A DNA stretch of 5,255 nt, from the IMG/VR virus record IMGVR_UViG_2695420564_000007, positions 1 through 5,255 of that record. One strand, written 5' to 3'. Source of the DNA: a virus. Its lineage: Duplodnaviria; Heunggongvirae; Uroviricota; Caudoviricetes. Under the pieces are notes generated by a model. It saw only the letters and a list, made by a program, of their open reading frames with translations, was not told the origin of the DNA and made no database searches. Each line of letters opens with the position of its first letter. The stretch's first letter is position 1. A program made the position numbers and the translations under genes. Below are positions 1 through 5,255 of this stretch, piece after piece.

Positions 1-89
1 ACCTGCCGAATCAGCATTAATGGAATCAACAACAGTAATACAGCGCCAAACAGGGTAGCTATCTTCCAGAACAGGGGGGATTTCAACAT
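1..89 (-). CDS. creD: Inner membrane protein CreD-like, first 29 codons only (gene runs off the window start)
   Basis: Reverse complement of 1..89 reads ATG TTG AAA TCC... = MLKSPLFWKIATLFGAVLLLLIPLMLIRQ, a hydrophobic signal-anchor N-terminus matching my recollection of E. coli CreD (MLKSPLFWK...). AGGAG-type RBS sits 6-10 nt upstream on the minus strand (plus ~96-101). Too short for the six-frame track. Confidence 0.5.
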   Translation of the reverse strand, partial: MLKSPLFWKIATLFGAVLLLLIPLMLIRQ

Positions 90-163
90 AGTCTTCTCCT
101 TTGCAATAGCGGCAGTTTATTTCATCAGAGTTTTTCTCTCGCCTGATTACAAATTTTGTCGTC

Positions 164-308
164 TTAAAAAGTGATACAGGTTGCGCCCTGTTCGGCACCG
201 GACAGTTTTTCGCGCAAGGCACTGAATAACTCACGTCCTGTTCCCACGCGTGACGCGCTCAGGTCAGGGATGTGCGGTTCACGAGCGGCCAGTTCCGCTT
301 CGTCTACC
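164..308 (-). CDS. C-terminal ~47 codons of an unidentified protein (...LFSALREKLSGAEQGATCITF*), cut off upstream by the NNN at 309-311
   Basis: Minus-strand frame is open from the NNN down to a TAA at 166..164 and reads VDEAELAAREPHIPDLSASRVGTGRELFSALREKLSGAEQGATCITF*. Protein-like composition, but I cannot place the family and it does not resemble a histidine-kinase C-terminus as expected for creC. Confidence 0.25.
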
Positions 309-416
309 ANNNGCCGAATCACGGTCGTTGCGCTACCTACTAGAGTTGAAATTTTCTATCTCAAAACGAATTATTCTGTTTTCGCCCATATAAAAAATAT
401 GTATGCGGAAAGTGCT

Positions 417-2159
417 TTAAAGTAACCAGCCGCGCTCATGTTTCCTGTCGGAGACGCGTGTTCGTGCATATTCCTCGCGCTGCCATTCGTCCCAGGTGCG
501 ATTAAAACCCAGCGAGCGGAACAAATGATCCGGCTGTTTTTCTGGTGTATTGACGGCAGCAAAAAGCGGTGCCTCACGGGTTTTCAGATGAAACAGCATA
601 AGTTCTGGCGCAGGGCGTGCCGGACTGTCAGCATCGTGGTTTACCGCTTCACCATAACCGGCAAATCGTAAACCTTTGTCGGTCAGAGCATTGATTACCA
701 GCTGGCTGTTGTCGGCTGTGGGGACGGCAAACGCAGGATACAGCGTACCATTAAGCCGGACAACACCGCCCAGAGAGTCATCCACGCCCATGACCAGCAA
801 AAGCTGAAGCTGGCGGGTTTCCCGGTCGACAGAACTCATTACCGGCATCAGCGTCGGTGGCAGACGTCCCTGCGTAAAATCCACCTTCCTTGCTGCCAGT
901 GATGGCATGGCTGGCTGGCGGTCTTCTCCAAGACAAAAAGACTCCGGCCATGTCTTCGGCTGGCGGAGATTGCGGGTATGTTGCGGCCATGTCTGGCAAA
1001 CCTGCGTCAGAAGTTGCTCAAAGGTCGCAGAGGAATAAACACGTTGCAGTGGTGGATGTTGACCGATTTCGCTTCGGTCACAGATATAACCACTCCTGTC
1101 ACGCATTAAATCAACACGCTCAAAGATCCTGGTGCGGTATTTCTCCAACTCGTTCCCCCAGAGCGTATATTCTCCGTTCCGGTTGTGAAGCAGAAGGTAA
1201 CAGGTCATTTCCCAGTTACCAGGCATAGGGGCCTCGCCATACCCCGTAACGACTGCGCTCAGTACCCCTGAATCCATAACGGCATTGTCATTTTTCCTGA
1301 GCTGTTCCGCTCGTCGCTCCGCGCGACTACGTTCTGTATCCTCCTGCTCCTTCCTGCGTAATTCCTCTTCACGTTTAAGCAACTGGGCTCTGAGAGCTGC
1401 AAGGCTGGATGCGGCCCACTGCTGCCACTGTTTTTCAAATGCCGTCTGACTCGCGGGAATGTCCTGTTTCTCCACCTTCCGGTAATGCTGTCGCAATTTT
1501 TCCATTTGCTGGCTCAGAGACTGGATTTTTCCCTGCTCACTACGGTATTCCGGTGCCGCCCATTGCATCAGGGGAATACGGGAAAAACCGGACGAAAACG
1601 GCGATGATTTTTTCAGGCTGGCAGCATGGCTCATCGCTTCCTTTCGTTCGGTGTTCAGCTCTTCCCAGCGTCTGCGCGTCGCCTGCATATCTGCCATCAT
1701 CGACATGGCATTACTGGTGAGTTTCCATGCCGCATTACTGTCCTTCGGCAACGCTTCGATGATGTCACGTAGTGTGTACGAAGTTGCGTTGTCAGGAAGC
1801 CCGATATTCAGAAGGTTAGCCACACGGCGGGCTGGCTCTGTCAGCCCGCCGTTCCTGAGTTCGGTGCGGGAAATCTGTATTTCCAGGTTAAGCCTGTTAA
1901 TCAGACGATTCTGTTCGCCGCGTTCTGTTTCGATACCACGTGTTTCCATCGCACAGGCAGACTTTCCGAGGTGAATACCCGGCGTTTTCTCAAGCCCCTG
2001 TCGCTCGTATGAACGATGGTCTATCTCTTCCTGATAACCGGCGTTCGCCAGTGCCCTGTTTGCATGGTCAGCCCATGATGCCCGCCACGCCTCAGCATGT
2101 GTCCGGTCGTTCCAGTCCCTGACCTTTCCGCCNATCTTCTCCATTAAAAAGAGCGCCAC
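417..2159 (-). CDS. MobA/MobL-family (MobQ-type) relaxase-like protein, N-terminally truncated: relaxase-domain tail, long coiled-coil, C-terminal domain of unknown function
   Basis: 580-codon ORF (GTG start at 2159, TAA at 419..417). Residues 10-70 (DWNDRTHAEAWRASWADHANRALANAGYQEEIDHRSYERQGLEKTPGIHLG) match the conserved block after motif III of MobA/MobL relaxases such as Agrobacterium TraA (...LALAGLEVRVDARSY..GIE..PT.HIG). The catalytic Tyr and HxDxxxxHxH motifs that should lie ~150 aa upstream are absent; a stop lies 2 codons upstream of the start. A Q/E/R/K-rich coiled-coil (about aa 200-290) follows. One codon is ambiguous (N at 2133). Confidence 0.55.
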   Translation of the reverse strand: MALFLMEKXGGKVRDWNDRTHAEAWRASWADHANRALANAGYQEEIDHRSYERQGLEKTPGIHLGKSACAMETRGIETERGEQNRLINRLNLEIQISRTELRNGGLTEPARRVANLLNIGLPDNATSYTLRDIIEALPKDSNAAWKLTSNAMSMMADMQATRRRWEELNTERKEAMSHAASLKKSSPFSSGFSRIPLMQWAAPEYRSEQGKIQSLSQQMEKLRQHYRKVEKQDIPASQTAFEKQWQQWAASSLAALRAQLLKREEELRRKEQEDTERSRAERRAEQLRKNDNAVMDSGVLSAVVTGYGEAPMPGNWEMTCYLLLHNRNGEYTLWGNELEKYRTRIFERVDLMRDRSGYICDRSEIGQHPPLQRVYSSATFEQLLTQVCQTWPQHTRNLRQPKTWPESFCLGEDRQPAMPSLAARKVDFTQGRLPPTLMPVMSSVDRETRQLQLLLVMGVDDSLGGVVRLNGTLYPAFAVPTADNSQLVINALTDKGLRFAGYGEAVNHDADSPARPAPELMLFHLKTREAPLFAAVNTPEKQPDHLFRSLGFNRTWDEWQREEYARTRVSDRKHERGWLL

Positions 2160-2440
2160 CGTTTACAGTTATATCAGTATTCTCTTCTGGAGAATCAGGT
2201 GAACTCGTTGTACCACCACTGTTATCTGTTACCAAATCCCCGGTACTGCCTTTTAGACTGCGGCCGCACATAGCGATCCGGCTGACTGGCTGCAGGATAT
2301 TATGGGGCCACCAACCGCTATGGCACGATTTCACTGGCCAGTGCTGCCAGCCAGGCCGGACTGACCTGGGAAGGGCAGGCACACTCAGCGATCGCCGACG
2401 CACGGATGGCGGTGTACATCGAGGATGCCGCCTGAACCAN

Positions 2441-3088
2441 TCAGACGTTGACTGGTTGCGTCTGGCAAAAGTTAAAGACCTGACGCCCGGCGAACTGACC
2501 GCTGAGTCCTATGACGACAGCTATCTCGATGATGAAGATGCAGACTGGACTGCGACCGGGCAGGGGCAGAAATCTGCCGGAGATACCAGCTTCACGCTGG
2601 CGTGGATGCCCGGAGAGCAGGGGCAGCAGGCGCTGCTGGCGTGGTTTAATGAAGGTGATACGCGTGCCTATAAAATCCGCTTCCCGAACGGCACGGTCGA
2701 TGTGTTCCGTGGCTGGGTCAGCAGTATCGGTAAGGCGGTGACGGCGAAGGAAGTGATCACCCGCACGGTGAAGGTCACCAATGTGGGACGCCCGTCGATG
2801 GCTGAAGATCGCAGTACGGTGACGGCGGCAACCGGCATGACGGTAACGCCAGCCAGTGCGTCCGTAGTGAAAGGGCAGAGCACCACGCTGACCGTGGCAT
2901 TCCAGCCGGAAGGCGTAACCGACAAGAGCTTTCGTGCGGTGTCTGCGGATAAAACAAAAGCCACCGTGTCGGTCAGTGGTATGACCATCACCGTGAACGG
3001 CGTTGCTGCAGGCAAGGTCAACATTCCGGTTGTATCCGGTAATGGTGAGTTTGCTGCGGTTGCAGAAATCACCGTCACCGCCAGCTAA
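2441..3088 (+). CDS. V: Lambdoid major tail protein V, C-terminal fragment including the Ig-like (Big_2) domain; N-terminal ~30 codons missing
   Basis: Frame 2 reads [36 protein letters not shown]...FRGWVSSIG...[18 protein letters not shown], which I recognise as lambda gpV. Similarity begins right after the N at 2440; the upstream in-frame sequence is unrelated. The track ORF 2456..3088 uses an internal TTG. TAA at 3086..3088. Confidence 0.8.
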   Translation, partial: SDVDWLRLAKVKDLTPGELTAESYDDSYLDDEDADWTATGQGQKSAGDTSFTLAWMPGEQGQQALLAWFNEGDTRAYKIRFPNGTVDVFRGWVSSIGKAVTAKEVITRTVKVTNVGRPSMAEDRSTVTAATGMTVTPASASVVKGQSTTLTVAFQPEGVTDKSFRAVSADKTKATVSVSGMTITVNGVAAGKVNIPVVSGNGEFAAVAEITVTAS

Positions 3089-3103
3089 TCCGGAGAGTCA
3101 GCG

Positions 3104-3535
3104 ATGTTCCTGAAAACCGAATCATTTGAACATAACGGCGTGACCGTCACGCTTTCTGAACTGTCAGCCCTGCAGCGTATTGAGCATCTTGCCTGGTTGA
3201 AAGAGCAGGAAAAAAAGGCTGAATCCAGTGGCAACCTGCAGGTGTCTGTAGAGGATCTTATCAGAGGCGGGGCGTTTCTGGTGGCGATGTCCCTGTGGCA
3301 TAACCATCCGCAGAAAACGGGGTCACCGTCAATGAATGAGGCTGTGATGCAGATTGAGCAGGAAGTCCTGACCACCTGGCCTGCTGATGCCATTGCCCGG
3401 GCGGAAGATGTGGTGTTGCGTCTGTCCGGGATGAGCGGGCTTGTTCATGTGGATACGGATATTACCGAAGTGGCGAAAAATAACGCGCTGACTGATGATG
3501 ATTTTTCTGCGGGAAAGTCTTCGACGGCGAGCTGA
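3104..3535 (+). CDS. G: Tail assembly chaperone G (lambda gpG homolog), apparently intact
   Basis: 143-codon ORF, ATG at 3104 with a GGAG RBS ~9 nt upstream. Begins MFLKTESFEHNGVTVTLSELSALQRIEHLA... and contains AFLVAMSLWHNHPQKT, as in lambda gpG. Ends ...FSAGKSSTAS* with the slippery heptamer near the 3' end, as in lambda. Confidence 0.9.
   Translation: MFLKTESFEHNGVTVTLSELSALQRIEHLAWLKEQEKKAESSGNLQVSVEDLIRGGAFLVAMSLWHNHPQKTGSPSMNEAVMQIEQEVLTTWPADAIARAEDVVLRLSGMSGLVHVDTDITEVAKNNALTDDDFSAGKSSTAS
3511..3517 (+). other. -1 programmed ribosomal frameshift slippery heptamer G_GGA_AAG for G to GT
   Basis: GGGAAAG at 3511..3517, in the X_XXY_YYZ register relative to the G frame (gcG GGA AAG), 6 codons before the G stop. 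The -1 frame is open from here to 3975. This is the known arrangement for lambda G/GT. Confidence 0.8.
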
Positions 3536-3975
3536 ATTTTGCCCTCAGACTGGCGCGTGAGATGGGGAGGCCTGACTGGCGCGCCATGCTTGCCGGGATG
3601 ACATCCACCGAATATGCCGACTGGCGACATTTTTACCGCATGCATTATTTTCACGATACCCAGCTGGATATGCATTTTTCCGGGCTGACGTACGCTGTAC
3701 TCAGCCTGTTTTTTTGCGATCCGGATATGCATCCCTCTGATTTCAGTCTGCTTGTCCCCCGGCATGAGGAAGAGCAGGTGGAGAGGCCGGATGAGGACAA
3801 AATGCTGATGCAGAAAGCGGCAGGACTTGCCGGAGGCGTCCGGTTCGGTGGGGACGGAGGGCGCGATATTTTATCGTCTGCGGATGTGGCGGATGTCATG
3901 GTGGATGATGCCGCATTAATGGTGGCTTCAGCGGGGATTTCCGGAGGTGTGAGATATGTCCCAGCCGGTTGGTGA
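3517..3975 (+). CDS. T: T portion of the tail assembly chaperone GT fusion (lambda gpT homolog), made only by -1 frameshifting from G
   Basis: -1 frame relative to G reads VFDGELNFALRLAREMGRPDWRAMLAGMTSTEYADWRHFYRMHYFHDTQLDMHFSGLTY...GGVRYVPAGW*. No independent start or RBS at the 5' end (track ORF 3562..3975 starts at an internal Met). Stop TGA at 3973..3975. Confidence 0.8.
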   Translation, partial: VFDGELNFALRLAREMGRPDWRAMLAGMTSTEYADWRHFYRMHYFHDTQLDMHFSGLTYAVLSLFFCDPDMHPSDFSLLVPRHEEEQVERPDEDKMLMQKAAGLAGGVRFGGDGGRDILSSADVADVMVDDAALMVASAGISGGVRYVPAGW

Positions 3976-4048
3976 TCTTGTTATTGACCTTAGTCTGGAT
4001 GCGGTCCGTTTCGATGAGCAGATGAGCCGGGTAAGGCGTCATTTTTCA
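3956..4048 (+). CDS. H: Tail tape-measure protein H, N-terminal 31 codons only; truncated at the NN at 4049-4050
   Basis: ATG at 3956 overlaps the T 3' end by 20 nt and reads MSQPVGDLVIDLSLDAVRFDEQMSRVRRHFS, close to the lambda gpH N-terminus as I recall it (MAEPVGDLVVDLSLDAARFDEQMARVRRHFS). After the NN the frame encodes unrelated sequence and the antisense strand becomes nuoM. Confidence 0.65.
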
Positions 4049-4050
4049 NN

Positions 4051-4148
4051 AGCGCTATCCAGCGCGGCACCTTGACGCCAAAGCGTTCGGTCTGCCAGCA
4101 CAGGAAGCCGCCGATAAAGGGAATCAATATTAGCCAGGGTAGTAACAT
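4051..4148 (-). CDS. nuoM: NADH-quinone oxidoreductase subunit M, N-terminal ~33 codons only
   Basis: Minus-strand ATG at 4148..4146 reads MLLPWLILIPFIGGFLCWQTERFGVKVPRWIAL, matching the E. coli NuoM N-terminus from memory. The reading frame is cut at the NN (4049-4050), where lambdoid H sequence begins on the opposite side. Confidence 0.6.
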
Positions 4149-4196
4149 GGCGATCTTTATTCCTTGTAAAAGTCCCGTCAGGACCGGATTTTCAAC

Positions 4197-4691
4197 GAAT
4201 TCTCAGACGCGCTGGCAAAAGTGATGCCGTCTGACATCCCGCTTAAACACCGTCACTGGCTGGGCCTACAAATGCTGGAAGGCGATATTTACAGCCGTGC
4301 CTATGCCGGTGAAGCGTCGCAGCACCTGGATGCCGCCCTCGCCCGTCTGCGTAATGAAATGGACGATCCGGCATTGCACATTGCTGATGCCCGCTACCAG
4401 TGCATTGCAGCTATCTGTGATGTGGTAAGCAACACTCTGACGGCAGAACCCAGCCGTTTTACTACCGCGGTGGATAAAATCGTGCTTAACCGTTTCCTCG
4501 GTCTGCCGATTTTCCTGTTCGTCATGTACCTGATGTTCCTGCTTGCCATCAACATCGGCGGAGCATTACAGCCACTGTTTGATGTCGGTTCTGTGGCGCT
4601 GTTTGTACATGGTATTCAGTGGATTGGCTACACACTCCACTTCCCGGACTGGCTGACTATCTTCCTCGCCCAGGGGCTTGGCGGCGGTATT
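4197..4691 (+). CDS. feoB: Ferrous iron transporter FeoB, internal fragment (linker/helical region and start of the membrane domain); G-domain and most of the membrane domain absent
   Basis: Plus frame reads ...SDALAKVMPSDIPLKHRHWLGLQMLEGDIYSRAYAGEASQHLDAALARLRNEMDDPALHIADARYQ...VDKIVLNRFLGLPIFLFVMYLMFLLAINIGGALQPLFDVGSVALFVHGIQWIGYTLHFPDWLTIFLAQGLGGGI, typical of FeoB at the start of its transmembrane core. It has no upstream GTPase domain (upstream is nuoM antisense) and stops matching FeoB after ...GGGI at ~4691. The left boundary (4197-4203) is approximate. Confidence 0.7.
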
Positions 4692-4923
4692 CGAGGTACC
4701 TCTTTCGTTCCTTTCAGGATGAACGTGTAATTGCCCGGCGTATTGTTTTTCATCAGACGAAACGCGACGTTATCGACAAACGAATAGGTCGAAAGCTCAG
4801 AAAGATCGCGACACATCAGAGTAAAGTTGTGACCGTCCGGCAGCTGACGAATACGACAAATGCGCTCCATTGCGTTTTTATCTTCAATTTTACAACCGAG
4901 CGCATAGCCGGAATCGGTTGGAT
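4692..4923 (-). CDS. yciO: YciO (Sua5/YrdC/YciO family) internal fragment, roughly residues 30-105
   Basis: Minus strand reads YPTDSGYALGCKIEDKNAMERICRIRQLPDGHNFTLMCRDLSELSTYSFVDNVAFRLMKNNTPGNYTFILKGTKEVPR, matching E. coli YciO from memory. Flanking residues on both sides do not fit YciO, and there is no start or stop of its own. Confidence 0.6.
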
Positions 4924-5255
4924 ATCGCATGGGTTGCCGCCTCACGGGCTGATGTGCTGGCATCGCCGGCTGACTTCTTCGCGGCTGCCGTGTTCTGTGC
5001 CACCGCAGACGCGTTACGCGCCACCTCTTCCACCATCAGTTCAAAACGGCGCAGTGCCTCAGGACGGGCAATGATAAACAGAATCATGGCAATGAGCGGA
5101 CCACTTATCGCGTAAATCATTGAAATAGCATTCGGGTTGATACAGCAGATGATAAAGGTAATCAGCGATACCAACATAATGGATAGTGCGCGGTTAAATG
5201 ACCGGCTTTTTTTAATCCCTACCTGTTGTAATGTTGTTTTGACAACTTCAGTTGC
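4924..5255 (-). CDS. Unidentified membrane protein, N-terminal region (about 40 hydrophobic residues followed by an Ala-rich helical segment); runs off the window end
   Basis: Minus frame is open from 5255 and reads ATEVVKTTLQQVGIKKSRSFNRALSIMLVSLITFIICCINPNAISMIYAISGPLIAMILFIIARPEALRRFELMVEEVARNASAVAQNTAAAKKSAGDASTSAREAATHA. The hydrophobic stretch then helical segment looks like a real membrane protein, and is loosely reminiscent of chemoreceptor cytoplasmic helices, but I cannot assign a family. The track ORF 4890..5177 is the same frame from an internal ATG; its last ~10 codons run into the yciO fragment. Confidence 0.3.

Noticed and set aside
171-671. Track ORFs 171-425(+), 371-577(-), 438-671(+)
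   Set aside because: 171-425 is antisense to the minus-strand gene tail and spans the NNN; the other two overlap the 3' end of the relaxase-like ORF. None has recognisable protein features.
778-1974. Track ORFs 778-999(-), 890-1228(+), 1409-1720(+), 1651-1974(+) inside the relaxase region
   Set aside because: They overlap the 580-codon relaxase-like ORF in other frames or antisense, have biased low-complexity composition (Ser/Ala/Arg-rich) and no recognisable motifs. Most likely shadow ORFs.
2092-2403. Minus-strand track ORF 2092-2403 (103 codons) spanning the relaxase 5' end and the unassigned segment
   Set aside because: It overlaps the relaxase start in another frame, contains an ambiguous codon, and has Gly/Ser/Thr-rich low-complexity sequence with no recognisable domain.
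2511-3078. Track ORFs 2511-2741(+), 2668-3078(-), 2775-2957(-) overlapping V
   Set aside because: Alternative-frame or antisense ORFs within well-supported gpV coding sequence; Arg/Ser/Thr-rich translations typical of out-of-frame reading.
3085-3899. Minus-strand track ORFs 3085-3393, 3445-3765, 3651-3899 overlapping G and T
   Set aside because: Antisense to the G/GT genes, whose identity is strongly supported; no independent evidence of coding.
4197-4925. EcoRI (GAATTC ~4197), KpnI (GGTACC 4695-4700) and EcoRV (GATATC 4920-4925) sites near segment breakpoints, as possible evidence of restriction-ligation cloning
   Set aside because: The KpnI hexamer lies within yciO's own codons (E-V-P) and the breakpoint is a few bases away from it. 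The EcoRI and EcoRV sites may also be native to the adjoining fragments. Six-base sites occur by chance every few kb, so I do not rely on them as proof of engineering.
4619-5115. Plus-strand track ORFs 4619-5074 and 4870-5115
   Set aside because: Antisense to the yciO fragment and the membrane-protein fragment; Arg/Ala-rich translations consistent with antisense reading of GC-rich coding DNA.
1-5255. A novel defence, toxin-antitoxin or other multi-gene system spanning the window
   Set aside because: No set of adjacent intact genes forms a plausible operon. Apart from G/GT, every coding region is a fragment, and neighbours derive from unrelated loci. I found no CRISPR repeats, tRNA or rRNA-like sequence, retron-like structure or repeated arrays on reading both strands. 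Claiming a new system would mean inventing function from junction artefacts.

Overview
This window does not read as one native locus. It looks like a patchwork of at least eight unrelated gene fragments joined at abrupt breakpoints, several of which coincide with N characters. From 5' to 3': (1) the first 29 codons of a CreD-like inner-membrane protein on the minus strand, plus the tail of an unidentified upstream gene; (2) a 580-codon minus-strand ORF resembling the C-terminal two-thirds of a MobA/MobL relaxase, without the catalytic N-terminus; (3) about 280 bp I cannot assign; (4) a lambdoid tail module: C-terminal part of major tail protein V, intact chaperone G with the G-T -1 frameshift heptamer GGGAAAG, the T extension, and the first 31 codons of tape-measure H; (5) the start of nuoM (minus); (6) an internal piece of feoB (plus); (7) an internal piece of yciO (minus); (8) the N-terminal region of an unidentified membrane protein (minus). 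G/GT is the only unit that looks intact and functional. I found no CRISPR array, tRNA, rRNA or coherent operon, and I do not see a novel biological system here; the most likely explanation is a chimeric, misassembled or deliberately composed sequence. All identifications rest on reading the translations and on remembered protein families; no searches were run.
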